From positions 6,071 to 70,070 of the forward strand of contig JAGLIM010000024.1 of the NCBI GenBank assembly GCA_023142995.1: a stretch of 64,000 nucleotides of DNA. The letters run 5' to 3'. The first letter of the stretch is position 1. Each line of letters starts with the position of its first letter. Positions 37,678 through 47,386 of the stretch are shown here, piece by piece. Below the pieces are notes generated by a model, which saw only the letters and a program-made list of their open reading frames with translations, ran no database searches and was not told where the DNA came from. The position numbers and the translations under genes were made by a program. This DNA is from Minisyncoccota bacterium (GTDB lineage: Bacteria > Patescibacteriota > Minisyncoccia > JAHIHE01 > JAGLIN01).

Positions 37678-39220
37678 TAAGGGATTTGAGGTCGTATGAC
37701 CTCTTTTTTATTGCTAAAACTGGCGATATTTGAGGGGTTTGAAACTTTTTATAATCGTATATTGGCTTTTCAGGGAAAATCAAACCCTGTATTTTTATTT
37801 TTTGGTTAAAATTTGCTTTTCTCCAATACTTCGGAATATTTGCAATGAAATCAAAGACATGGCTTACGGTTTCATCAATATTAAATTCTTCTATCTCATC
37901 ATCGCTTAATACAATTTGTTTATTAAATATTTCTTGTTTTAATTTATCAAATACTTCTTTAAAATCTTCATCAGATAAAAGTTCTTTTCTTTTCATATTT
38001 ATAAGTTCTATTTTTTCTGTTTTCAATTTTTCTAATTCCTTGAGAGCGTTTTGTCTATATTGATTTAATTCCTTATATCGTCTTTTCCAAGTATCAATAA
38101 TATTAATTTTAAAAATATTTAAATAAGTAGTTTTTGGGGTTATGTCTTCGAGATATTGTAAAAAGGCTTTCTCTAATTTTTCTTTTGCGATTGATTTTTT
38201 TGAATCGCAATTTCTATTGTAACATCTATAATAAGGATATTTACCTCCCCATCTTCCAGTTGAAAAATATGCTGTTAGCGGTCGTTCACAATATGCACAG
38301 ACAACAAAATGTTTTAAGGGAAAATTTTCATTTGGTTGATTAGTTGAGATATTTTCTGCTTTGTTTTTTTTATTTAGGATATTCTGGCATTTGAAAAAAG
38401 TCTGATCGCTAATAATATGTTCGTAGTTATTTTCGTATTCTTTATCTTTAACAGTCATGATTCCTATATAGAATTTACGCTTAATGATTTTACTCATTGT
38501 TTGCGGTGAAATTTCTTTATTCTGCCAGCTTTTCAAACCTTTTTTATTCACAATGTTTCTAATTTCTTCAAGGGTATATAATCCTGTCGAAAATTTCTCA
38601 AAAATCCATTTGATCATTGGAGCTTTTTTCTTATCTACAATAATTTCTTTTTTTCCAAGTTTGTCTATTGTATTTAGATAGCCAATAGGAGCTTTACCAC
38701 ACCAGTATCCTTGTTCAGCTTTTTCTTTTAAGCAGTCAGTAATTCTTTGACTTTTTGTATCATTATCAAACTGTGCACTTGAAGCTAGAAAATTTCCTAG
38801 AAACTTTCCCATTGGCGTATCATCAATCGCTTCTGATGTGGAAATAAGTCTTATGCCGAGTTTCTTGAGGGCAAGATGAATATTTGAATAGTCATTAACA
38901 TTTCTCGAGAGCCTATCAATCTTGTAAACAATAACACAATCGATTTTATTACTTCTTGCTCTGCAGAATTTAAGCATTTCTTGCAGAGATGGTCTATCGA
39001 CAGTTTTTGCAGATACTCCGTCGTCATGAAACATTTCTACTATTTCTATATTATTGCTTTCAGCATAATTTAAACAATTCTTTTTCTGTTGATCTAAACT
39101 TACACCAAATTGAGCTTGGTCTTCTGTTGAAACACGATAATACATTATTCCTCTTTTATTTATTGTCATATATTTATTGTTATTTACAAAAAGGGAGCAT
39201 TTATTCTGCTTTGAACTCAA
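37637..39220 (-). CDS. large serine recombinase (integrase); 3' end reads through the tRNA
   Basis: YYRVSTEDQ catalytic Ser region, resolvase plus recombinase domains, zinc ribbon CAYCE...YYRC, coiled coil. The last ~15 codons (..PPRGIEPLLPG) are the antisense tRNA. Confidence 0.85.
   Translation of the reverse strand: MSSKQNKCSLFVNNNKYMTINKRGIMYYRVSTEDQAQFGVSLDQQKKNCLNYAESNNIEIVEMFHDDGVSAKTVDRPSLQEMLKFCRARSNKIDCVIVYKIDRLSRNVNDYSNIHLALKKLGIRLISTSEAIDDTPMGKFLGNFLASSAQFDNDTKSQRITDCLKEKAEQGYWCGKAPIGYLNTIDKLGKKEIIVDKKKAPMIKWIFEKFSTGLYTLEEIRNIVNKKGLKSWQNKEISPQTMSKIIKRKFYIGIMTVKDKEYENNYEHIISDQTFFKCQNILNKKNKAENISTNQPNENFPLKHFVVCAYCERPLTAYFSTGRWGGKYPYYRCYNRNCDSKKSIAKEKLEKAFLQYLEDITPKTTYLNIFKINIIDTWKRRYKELNQYRQNALKELEKLKTEKIELINMKRKELLSDEDFKEVFDKLKQEIFNKQIVLSDDEIEEFNIDETVSHVFDFIANIPKYWRKANFNQKIKIQGLIFPEKPIYDYKKFQTPQISPVLAIKKRSYDLKSLMVPPRGIEPLLPG
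37688..37714 (+). terminator. intrinsic terminator of the tRNA
   Basis: GAGGTC-gtat-GACCTC followed by TTTTTTATT. Confidence 0.7.
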
Positions 39221-39338
39221 CTAACTAAAAGGAAGTTGAAGCAGAAAATGCTCCCATTATGTATCACAATAAGATCATTATTATGATATAAAAAACCTTT
39301 TAGTTTTTGTTGAGTTCAAGAACATAATACCATATTTA

Positions 39339-39515
39339 CTATTTTGAATCAATATCTCGGTTCAATTTTTGTTTCAGTCCTTTTTTAATTACCCAAGTAT
39401 CAAAAGCCAACTCTGCAAACTGGCATTGTGCGTCGATAATTTGCTCAATCTCTTCATCTGTGAGACCTTGAGCTTCTTTCCCTGCTAGTTGTCTGAATTT
39501 TGATATTGAGATCAT
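39339..39515 (-). CDS. small hypothetical protein (58 aa)
   Basis: Not in the ORF track. Minus-strand ORF MISISKFRQLAGKEAQGLTDEEIEQIIDAQCQFAELAFDTWVIKKGLKQKLNRDIDSK lies between the integrase and the Cys-rich gene. Confidence 0.3.
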   Translation of the reverse strand: MISISKFRQLAGKEAQGLTDEEIEQIIDAQCQFAELAFDTWVIKKGLKQKLNRDIDSK

Positions 39516-39671
39516 GTTATATAATATCTTTTAAAATTTACGATTTTCCATGGTTTTCCATGGTTTTTTAGCTAATCTTTCAAAAATCCACCATTTTCCA
39601 CCATTTTATTCACTTTATTTCTCACACAACGTCAAATTTAGTTTATAAACTATTTTTGATGTTGTGGTTAA

Positions 39672-40028
39672 TTAATTCCTTGTATTCTTCGCCAGTGAAC
39701 CAGTTGAATGGTTAATTATTCTAAGTTGCTTTCCATTTCCACCTATTCCTTTACGTGTTGGATTATGGCCCGTTCTATAAGGGAAAAGAGGACAATCAGT
39801 AAAGGGACAATTTCTTGTATATGAAGATCCTTCTGTGCAGTCTAAGCAACATTTTCTTATGGCCCTTAAAGAGGATTTCTTTTCTGTTCTTTTTCCAAAG
39901 CGAAAAGGAAATAGGGGACAGTCGGTACTTGAACATAAACGCACTTCTTTTTGTTGATTATTCATGCATGAATTTACACAGTATTTTCTTATGGATTTTA
40001 GAGGAGTTAATTTCTTTTTTATTTTCAT
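39672..40028 (-). CDS. cysteine-rich protein with duplicated C-x2-DCPLFP(F/Y)R motif
   Basis: Two copies of a zinc-ribbon-like motif. Confidence 0.45.
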   Translation of the reverse strand: MKIKKKLTPLKSIRKYCVNSCMNNQQKEVRLCSSTDCPLFPFRFGKRTEKKSSLRAIRKCCLDCTEGSSYTRNCPFTDCPLFPYRTGHNPTRKGIGGNGKQLRIINHSTGSLAKNTRN

Positions 40029-40092
40029 ATTTTTAATTTAGTTTTTAAACTGGCAATTTGGCAATGTATATATATAATGCCAAATTGCCGTT

Positions 40093-41160
40093 TCAGATTA
40101 AGACTTCTTGAGTTTTTTCTTCTTTGCTAAATTTTGAAAGATAGCATATTTTTGTGTTTCCTTCTCCCTTTTTTTCTAAGATAATATTTTGTATTAAAAG
40201 ATCTTTTATTGCGCTCATGATACTCTTATCGCCAATATCTTCCAGGTCTTTTACTTTCTTACATATCTCATTTTTAGCAAGTCCCCTCTGTTCTTTTTCT
40301 AGAACTGATAATACTATTTCTTTAGCTATATTTCTTTTGCTTATTTTTTCAGGACATACTCCTAGATAATTAATTTCTACTTTCCCTTCATTTTCTTCAA
40401 CAATAATATTGAATGGCTCAATTTCTTTATCGGTTCTAAGTTTAGCCTGTTCAACCAAAATTTTAGATCTGTCATCTTTATCTCTCTTGAGTGCTATATG
40501 CGCATCAACAGCTGCTGAAATATCAGAAGAGCCTCTTAGTCTATTTTGAGCGGTAGTTTTAGCGAAATATTCTTTTTTGTCGTGATGAGTTATTATTATG
40601 GTTTTACCATGTTGACAGAAAAATTTAATACATCTAAAGACTTCTGCCATTTGAGAAGCATCATTCTCTTCTGCTGTATTTACTCTCACTAAAGAATCAA
40701 TAAAAATAACATCTATTTCCTTTTGTTCGCAGATTTCTAATACGTTTTTAACTAATTCTTTTTTGGATACTAAAAATCCATTTTGCGATAAAAAATAAAT
40801 TGGAAGAGTTGATTCAGCCCCTAGTAATTTAAGCCTATCTCTTACCAATCTTAAATGATTCTCTTCGTCAATAATAAGAACTTTATTTTTTTCACATTTA
40901 AATTGACCAAATAAATTTTCTCCTTTGGCAATATCTAATGCCATTCTTAAAAGTAGCCAGGTTTTGAAACTCGCTGGAGCACCTGAAAGAATAGTTATTC
41001 CTTGGTGTGGGATAAGTTTTTCAATTACCCATTTATTTTCATGGAATTTCATGGAAAATAACTCATCCAAGCTAATAGGATTTAATTTCCATTTTTTCTG
41101 TTTTTCATCAATATTTTCTTTTTCTAACTCTAAAGTCTTTTTTTCATTTTCATTTTTCAT
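40093..41160 (-). CDS. RepA/DnaB-like replicative ATPase (AAA_25 family) of mobile elements
   Basis: Walker A GAPASFKT. Walker B LIIDEE-like region. C-terminal wHTH-like tail. Confidence 0.6.
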   Translation of the reverse strand: MKNENEKKTLELEKENIDEKQKKWKLNPISLDELFSMKFHENKWVIEKLIPHQGITILSGAPASFKTWLLLRMALDIAKGENLFGQFKCEKNKVLIIDEENHLRLVRDRLKLLGAESTLPIYFLSQNGFLVSKKELVKNVLEICEQKEIDVIFIDSLVRVNTAEENDASQMAEVFRCIKFFCQHGKTIIITHHDKKEYFAKTTAQNRLRGSSDISAAVDAHIALKRDKDDRSKILVEQAKLRTDKEIEPFNIIVEENEGKVEINYLGVCPEKISKRNIAKEIVLSVLEKEQRGLAKNEICKKVKDLEDIGDKSIMSAIKDLLIQNIILEKKGEGNTKICYLSKFSKEEKTQEVLI

Positions 41161-41173
41161 ATTTTTTAATTTA

Positions 41174-41773
41174 ATAATTATTTAAATATTCTACAGCTTC
41201 TTTAAACGAATAGTTATAAAGAAGTCTTACAAAATTTATTGAGTTACCCCCATAATTGCAACCAAAGCATCAACAAGAATTAGTTTCAAGATAGATATGG
41301 AAAGACGGGGTTTTTTCGTCATGGAGAGGACAGAGACAGACTAATGACTTACTTGTTCTTCTCAGTGGTTGATTTATAAGTGTTTCAATCGGGACCGCTA
41401 TGGCTTGTTGAATTTGATCTTCAGTTACCCATCCTTTCGGAGTTTTATTCGATGCGAACATTAATATTCCTTTAAGCTTTTTCGTTTGTTTTTCAATTTC
41501 AAGTAATTTTTGCACTTTATTTGCTTTTACCCATTCACGACAAAACCATTTTGAAAATTCATCGCCGTCTATGTTTTTTATAATAGTTAAATGTCTTTTG
41601 ATTTCTTTTGTTAAGCTTGCTTGTAATGTTTCATGTTCAATTATCTTATTTCGAATAACTTCCTTGGCCTCGGGAAATATATTCAAAAGTTCTTTATTGT
41701 TATATCTTGAAAGCGACATTCTCCATTGTTTTTCAACTTCATAATTGTATTCTTTTTTTGATTTGAATTTCAT
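41174..41773 (-). pseudogene. primase-type CHC2 zinc-finger protein interrupted by an in-frame TGA inside the zinc finger
   Basis: ..CPLHDEKTPSFHIYLETNSC-TGA-CFGCNYGGNSINFVRLLYNYSFKEAVEYL. The finger is split between the annotated ORF and the 32 in-frame codons after the stop. Confidence 0.5.
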
Positions 41774-41781
41774 ATAATGAT

Positions 41782-42030
41782 TTAACTGTTATAAATTCTT
41801 GTTTTAATATTTTTTATACAACTAGCGAAAGCAGTAGGTTCAACGCGTAATTGTTGCATGAAATATTTCTGAATTAAATTATCTAATTTCTTATCTTTTT
41901 TTATTAAGAAAATCGCTTTAGATGGATTTTGTTTGTCTATTGATTCGATTTGATAGCCGTAACAACAAAGCGTGGCACATAGAGAAAGATCACTTGATTT
42001 GTAATAATCGTTTTTTATTGATGTTTTCAT
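41782..42030 (-). CDS. hypothetical protein
   Basis: 82-aa ORF in the element replication module. Confidence 0.35.
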   Translation of the reverse strand: MKTSIKNDYYKSSDLSLCATLCCYGYQIESIDKQNPSKAIFLIKKDKKLDNLIQKYFMQQLRVEPTAFASCIKNIKTRIYNS

Positions 42031-42192
42031 GATAATTTTAGTTAATAATTATTTAATTAATTACAAGTATATTTTACTGTACTAGCTTAATACCTCTAGT
42101 GACCTCTATCTTCTTTTCGTAAAACAAAAAACAGCTCAAGTAAGCTGTTTCTTAATAAGTTATTAACACCAACCAAAAGTTAACCTAAAGTT

Positions 42193-42924
42193 TTAATCAA
42201 CAAATTTTATATTATATTTATCATTTAATTTATAACCACCAGTATCAAGATTAATTATTAAATCTTCTTTCAGTTTGAGTTTGTTTTTAAAATTTTCATT
42301 AATTTCCTTAATCTCTTTGCTTAATTGCGACAAATTCTTGTTGTATAAAATTTCAGCTAATAAGTTGCCATTTTTTTTGTTATCTTTTAAATTATGTATT
42401 ATTTTTTTTCTTTTACTCGCTGTCTTCATTGGGTAACTTAGTTCGCTATCTTTATTCTTTCTATAAATTCCTTTATTGTTGGATATAATTATATTTATTT
42501 TGTTTGTATCATTATTACTCTTTTTCACTTTGGCTCTCATTTCGTTTTTAGTAGCTTTATCAAGTATTTCATCTATTTTCTTTTCATATTCCTTGCATTT
42601 CTGTAAAAATTTTATAGTTTTTTTAACTATATAACCCTCGACAATAATCTCATTGGAATTGAAATTTTTATTTTTTTCCAGCGTCTTGTTCATTTCGTCA
42701 ATGTCACGCTTCTCAATTTTAATAATCTTCAACCTTTCCAGTTCCTCAAAAAGGGCAAGGTTTTTAGTGTTCTCATTATAAAAGGTTTTATTATTTCTTA
42801 TTGTGATAATTGGAAAATACACGGAGCCATCACTTAAGCTTTCATGTTCAGTTTTATATTTAATCCTTTGTAAGAGATTGTTTATCTCAATATTATTTTG
42901 CCTATCAGCATTGAAAATTTTCAT
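42193..42924 (-). CDS. hypothetical K/N-rich protein
   Basis: 243-aa ORF. Confidence 0.45.
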   Translation of the reverse strand: MKIFNADRQNNIEINNLLQRIKYKTEHESLSDGSVYFPIITIRNNKTFYNENTKNLALFEELERLKIIKIEKRDIDEMNKTLEKNKNFNSNEIIVEGYIVKKTIKFLQKCKEYEKKIDEILDKATKNEMRAKVKKSNNDTNKINIIISNNKGIYRKNKDSELSYPMKTASKRKKIIHNLKDNKKNGNLLAEILYNKNLSQLSKEIKEINENFKNKLKLKEDLIINLDTGGYKLNDKYNIKFVD

Positions 42925-43039
42925 ATAATTTAATATTAATTAACTTCATTCTAATACATTTTACGGGATTTATCAAAGAAATTTATCTCTGAACTTGTAA
43001 AATAATTATTTAAGAAGTATAATAATATTATAGTAAAAA

Positions 43040-43206
43040 AAACAATTTAAGTGCCTAACCCCGTAGTTTTCAACTACGGATATGGCATAAAAAACCAGTT
43101 AAGTATAAAGACGGCTATCTGTCTTGTTTCTACTTAACTGGTCATAATTCGAAAGGATTATGGGTTCTCCGAAAGGGGAGCCAGAGCAAGCGGGTAGCCT
43201 TTTTTG
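43040..43206 (+). ncRNA. GC-rich hairpin cluster: candidate replication origin/sso or small structured RNA
   Basis: CCGTAGTT-ttc-AACTACGG. CCAGTTAAGTA...TACTTAACTGG enclosing AGACGG-ctat-CTGTCT. Two GAAA-tetraloop hairpins (TAATTC-GAAA-GGATTA; GGTTCTCC-GAAA-GGGGAGCC). The cluster ends in a T-run and is embedded in AT-rich DNA between divergent genes. Confidence 0.3.
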
Positions 43207-43268
43207 ATTGCTCGTTATTAAGAATAATAATAAATTATTTATATTGTTAATCTATTACATATAATATT

Positions 43269-44471
43269 ATGAAAAAGCTATTAATAGTCGTGGGAATATT
43301 ATTTGCCTTCAGTGCAAATGCAACAACAATTCCAGAGGGTGCAGTTATAAAGACTGCAAATAATCCAGATGTATATATTGTAAAATATAAGAATGGGAAG
43401 CAGTTTAAGAGGTTGGTTTTAAACCAGCAGGTTTTTGAAAGTTACGGTCATTTAAGATGGGAGGATATTTTAATTGTTGATCAAGCCGCGATAGATTCTT
43501 TCATGACATCTAATCTGGTAAGGGCTGACGGTCAAGCAAAAGTTTATCAATTAGTTGCTAATGGAGATATTGGTAGTAAACATTATTTAGATTTCAATAG
43601 CTATGATTTGGATTCAGTTTATACTATAAATTCAGTAGATTTTGGAAATTATGTAATAGGAGAAGTTAGAGGAATTACCAAAACAAGTCAAGAAAATATT
43701 AATACTGAAAGTACTGATGAAAAACTTCAAAAGATGATATCTATAAATAAAGAATGCATCAAAACGAATACTGAAAGAATAAAAGAAAATGAGGCGCTTG
43801 TTATAAAAATAAACAATGAAATAAATAAGTATTCAGAATATTCTTTAGTTCAACAGTCAGGGCAACAACTTATTAGCGAAATAAAAAATGATTCGCATAT
43901 ATCAAATAAAATAAGCAATATTTGTAATGAATTAGTTGACGAATCAATTGCTTTACTTGGTTTGGAAAAAAGTTCTTTCAGTAGAATTTCATATTTGACG
44001 GATCAATTTACTTCTTACACAAAACAACGAGATATGAATTATGATAAAATCGGTTCTATCATGAATTCTTATGTTTTGAATGTTAAATCAGCGTTGAAAC
44101 AGGAAATAGCAGAAAAGAGCGAAAAGCTGGAAAGAATGACAGCTTCCTATGAAGCCATAGAGCAATTAAATAGTTTAATTAGCGAAGCAGATAATCAGCT
44201 GAATATTTTAAGTGTGCAAATAGAGAAAAAAAATGCAGAGATAGAAAATGCAAAAAATGGACAGTGTCTTGCAACTACTGCTCAACTAGATAGAATATTA
44301 GCGAAATTAATACCAGAATATAATTCTTTGATTGAACAATATAATGTTTATCTTGAGATAAGAAGTGATCTTGTGTCTGTTGCTGGCAAGGTAAATGATT
44401 ACGGAAAATACGGAATTCCTCTTTCTTATAAAGACAAATTATTTTTACAAGATTTGGGAATAAACTTTTAA
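43269..44471 (+). CDS. secreted coiled-coil protein (signal peptide)
   Basis: MKKLLIVVGILFAFSANA signal. Coiled-coil-rich C-terminal half. Confidence 0.5.
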   Translation: MKKLLIVVGILFAFSANATTIPEGAVIKTANNPDVYIVKYKNGKQFKRLVLNQQVFESYGHLRWEDILIVDQAAIDSFMTSNLVRADGQAKVYQLVANGDIGSKHYLDFNSYDLDSVYTINSVDFGNYVIGEVRGITKTSQENINTESTDEKLQKMISINKECIKTNTERIKENEALVIKINNEINKYSEYSLVQQSGQQLISEIKNDSHISNKISNICNELVDESIALLGLEKSSFSRISYLTDQFTSYTKQRDMNYDKIGSIMNSYVLNVKSALKQEIAEKSEKLERMTASYEAIEQLNSLISEADNQLNILSVQIEKKNAEIENAKNGQCLATTAQLDRILAKLIPEYNSLIEQYNVYLEIRSDLVSVAGKVNDYGKYGIPLSYKDKLFLQDLGINF

Positions 44472-44480
44472 TTTATAAAT

Positions 44481-44921
44481 ATGGACAAAAACAGATTAAT
44501 TTTATCAATTGCAATTTTATCAGCAAGCATTATTTTGGGCGGTTTTTATTATGCGAGCCAAGTTAATAAACAGCAGTCCATTGAGAGACAACAAGCTATT
44601 AGAATAGAAGAAGATAAAAAAGCAGATTATTTTAAAAAGAAAATAGAGTGCGAAGAATATGCCGAAGGCATAAAAAAGGAAATAGATGAATCTAATGGAG
44701 GTCGTTATATTTCTATATATACAGAAACATTTGAAATGATTTTTTATAGTCCCAAAGATAATAGTTGTTTATATGTGACTCATCGTCTAACTGGAGGTAG
44801 GGAATACTTTATTTATAACGCATTAACAAAAAATAAAATAACTTCATTTCAATTTCCAGAGCAATGGGAAGATTATAAAGAATTTATTTTAGAATATTCA
44901 GATGGAGAGATAAGGTTGTAA
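44481..44921 (+). CDS. membrane-anchored hypothetical protein
   Basis: Single N-terminal TM. Confidence 0.45.
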   Translation: MDKNRLILSIAILSASIILGGFYYASQVNKQQSIERQQAIRIEEDKKADYFKKKIECEEYAEGIKKEIDESNGGRYISIYTETFEMIFYSPKDNSCLYVTHRLTGGREYFIYNALTKNKITSFQFPEQWEDYKEFILEYSDGEIRL

Positions 44922-44960
44922 AATTTAAAATACAACAAAATATATTATTTAACAAATTTT

Positions 44961-45599
44961 ATGGCTATTTTTACACCACGAGGATTAAAAATAAGACTTC
45001 CGTTTAACTATGCATTTACCCTAGTTGCAAGACTTTATCCTAAAGTTGACGCTTTTAAGGTTTTAAAAACGACTGAAGGGCTAGAATCAATTCCTGTTTT
45101 AATAACTTTTATAGCTGGATTATTATCTTTCTATTTTAGATTGTCTTTATTCGAAATTGGTTTGTATGTTTTTATTGCTTCAGTTGTTGGCTTCCTTGTA
45201 ATGTTTTCTGGGTTGTATATAATTTCTAGACTAGATTACTTAGGAGTATTTTATAGTTATGTTTCGGGTTTTGGAATTTTGCTAATTTTGCTTATAGCAT
45301 ATGGATTTATAATGGTTGGCTGGCAAGGTGTAGTTGTCTTTTTTGTAGCAAAATTTTTAGCGGGAATTGTCAAAACGCCAATAGAAGTTAAGTTAATGAA
45401 ACAACACGGAGAATTAGGATTTCTTACTCTTTCAGAAGAACATTTTTTTAATGCATATAGAATTCATGCAAAGAGATTAGGAAAAACGACTGATATTGTC
45501 GTGTCAAACGAAGAGCTTGAAGAAGAAAATTGGAAATCAGTCTTTGAAGACTTAGCGAAGAAATGGCCAGAAGTGGTTAGAAGATTTACGATGGATTGA
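44961..45599 (+). CDS. hypothetical membrane protein
   Basis: 3-4 TM segments. Confidence 0.45.
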   Translation: MAIFTPRGLKIRLPFNYAFTLVARLYPKVDAFKVLKTTEGLESIPVLITFIAGLLSFYFRLSLFEIGLYVFIASVVGFLVMFSGLYIISRLDYLGVFYSYVSGFGILLILLIAYGFIMVGWQGVVVFFVAKFLAGIVKTPIEVKLMKQHGELGFLTLSEEHFFNAYRIHAKRLGKTTDIVVSNEELEEENWKSVFEDLAKKWPEVVRRFTMD

Positions 45600-45641
45600 G
45601 CATGATAAGATATAATTATTTTTCAGCAAAAAAATAAAATT

Positions 45642-46343
45642 ATGAATACAGAACAATTAAACAAATACTGCAAAAAGTTATGTGAAGACAGTATAGTTCA
45701 TTTTTTAAAAGATACTTGTAGTAAAGATATCTCGTGTCAGATGTCAATGCGTAATTTTATTTTGTCTCGTCGTGACTGGACGAAAAGTGATAAAGCAGAC
45801 GACATATTTGTGTTTATGGACAAACAATTTATCACCATAAATATGTTATGTTATAAATCAACGAATATACTTATAAATACGGTGATTTGTATTGCAAAAG
45901 TAGAATTAATTGATAAATCTGATAAAGATAATGAAGAAAATCTTGAAAACAATGTAAAAGAAATTGTTAAATGTGTTGAAGGTCAAGATTGGACTATTCC
46001 GTTTATACGTAAAAGATTGATTAATAAAAATAAGGAGAAAAATAAAGAAGAAGGTATATTTCCATTTACTGATGAGTTATTGAATCGTGGTTCGGCTTTA
46101 GATCGTCAGAAAAAATTAGACAGAGAAATAGAAAAGACTATTAAAAAAAGAAACTTGAACAAGAATCCAATTATATTTGAATTAGAGTTAACTGAAGAAC
46201 ATTATCCGGTCCTAAGGAGAAGAGCATTGAAGAGTCCAGAGATGTTAGAGAAAGAGATAAAGAGCATAGCGAACGCATGGCACGAAGGGGACGCGATAAG
46301 CGCGATGCAGGCACTAGAGAGCGACCTAGAGCATAGTGGTTAA
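45642..46343 (+). CDS. hypothetical protein
   Basis: 233-aa ORF upstream of the FtsZ-like gene. Confidence 0.45.
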   Translation: MNTEQLNKYCKKLCEDSIVHFLKDTCSKDISCQMSMRNFILSRRDWTKSDKADDIFVFMDKQFITINMLCYKSTNILINTVICIAKVELIDKSDKDNEENLENNVKEIVKCVEGQDWTIPFIRKRLINKNKEKNKEEGIFPFTDELLNRGSALDRQKKLDREIEKTIKKRNLNKNPIIFELELTEEHYPVLRRRALKSPEMLEKEIKSIANAWHEGDAISAMQALESDLEHSG

Positions 46344-46423
46344 TACATAAATGCAAATAAATTTTAACATTTTCTCATTTTTAACTATTCTGCTATACTT
46401 ATAATAATCAATAATCTAAATTT

Positions 46424-47338
46424 ATGCTCAAATTAGAATCTAAAATTAATATAAAAGTTGTCTCGGTTGGAAATCGTGGTTGCAATGTCCTAGAAAGATT
46501 GAATAAGTTAAAGAAAAATGGTGTGGAGTTTTGCGCAATTTCCAAGGCAGGAAAAGCTTTTAACGGTTTAAGAATTGAAAATAAGATTGAACTTCCATAC
46601 AGTTTTGATCTGGACCATAATAAAAATATCGATAAAATGGCAAAGAGTGTTGTAAATGAAAAACAAAAGGAAATTATAGAACTAGCCAGAGGAACCGATA
46701 TAGTCTTTTTTGTTTGCAATTTAGCTAATAAAGCGTCAGTTCTTCAAACGAAAGAGATTGCACAAACATTCAAAAAAACTGGCTCACTAGTGTTTTTTGT
46801 TGGAGCAACTCCTTTTCATTTTGAAGGTAAAATAAGGCGAGAATTAGTAGAGAAGGCAAGAAAAGATTTAAATAAAGAAGTTGACGCTCTTTTGATTATT
46901 GACAATGAGAAAGTTGCTAAACGAGAAATAAGCGCAAACGAAGCATTTACACAAGTAGATAGTATTGTTTCTGGTGTAATAGATTCTATACTTGATATAA
47001 TCATCAAGGAAGGTATTATCAACATTGATTTTGCTGATTTGAAAACCATTGTTCAAAATTCCGGTGAAACATTTTTCAATAATTCCACTGGCTCAAAAAA
47101 AGAAATAGTCACTGTTATAAATAATCTTTTTTCAAAATCAAACCTGTCTATTCAGAAAAATAGTTTTAGTAAGGTCCTGTATGTTATTTATGCTGGAAAA
47201 AATCTATTAACAAACGAGGTAAAGCAAATTGGTGAAAAAATCCATCAAAAAACAAGGGGGAACGAGAAGATTATTTTCGGAATAGTAGAAGATAAAAAAA
47301 TGAAAGATAAATTAAAGATAGTGATGATTGGGAGTTAA
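46424..47338 (+). CDS. FtsZ/tubulin-fold homologue with degenerate GTP-binding loops but intact T7 loop
   Basis: Colinear with FtsZ: IKVVSVGNRGCN (vs IKVIGVGGGGGN), GVEFCAIS (GVEFFAVNT), TPFHFEGKIRR (KPFNFEGKKR), ALLIIDNEKV (SLITIPNDKL), NIDFADLKTIV (NVDFADVRTVM), IVMIGS (VVATGIG). The tubulin signature GGGTGTG is replaced by NLANKAS. Confidence 0.7.
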   Translation: MLKLESKINIKVVSVGNRGCNVLERLNKLKKNGVEFCAISKAGKAFNGLRIENKIELPYSFDLDHNKNIDKMAKSVVNEKQKEIIELARGTDIVFFVCNLANKASVLQTKEIAQTFKKTGSLVFFVGATPFHFEGKIRRELVEKARKDLNKEVDALLIIDNEKVAKREISANEAFTQVDSIVSGVIDSILDIIIKEGIINIDFADLKTIVQNSGETFFNNSTGSKKEIVTVINNLFSKSNLSIQKNSFSKVLYVIYAGKNLLTNEVKQIGEKIHQKTRGNEKIIFGIVEDKKMKDKLKIVMIGS

Positions 47339-47386
47339 GTCAGTGATTAATCGACACTAGGGCAGTTAAATAATTAAATTATAACT

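Noticed and set aside
37637-37700. C-terminal ~20 residues of the recombinase ORF (..LMVPPRGIEPLLPG)
   Set aside because: This tail is the antisense translation of the tRNA-Glu T-arm and acceptor stem and of the tRNA terminator. The true C-terminus is uncertain, although overlap with the att/tRNA site is plausible.
41270-41272. Alternative genetic code (UGA = Gly or Trp) to explain the in-frame TGA and TAA
   Set aside because: Long conserved genes (ftsI, murF, purD, rpsL/rpsG, the 1197-aa TPR protein) are intact with TGA/TAA/TAG as stops. The two in-frame stops lie in accessory genes and differ in codon, pointing to decay rather than recoding.
43040-43206. SRP (4.5S) RNA, tmRNA, 6S or RNase P RNA
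   Set aside because: The GNRA hairpins are fully paired with no SRP-type asymmetric loops, and the GGAAGCAGC motif is absent. There is no tRNA-like 3' end or tag ORF for tmRNA. The region is too short for RNase P and lacks a 6S-like central bubble.
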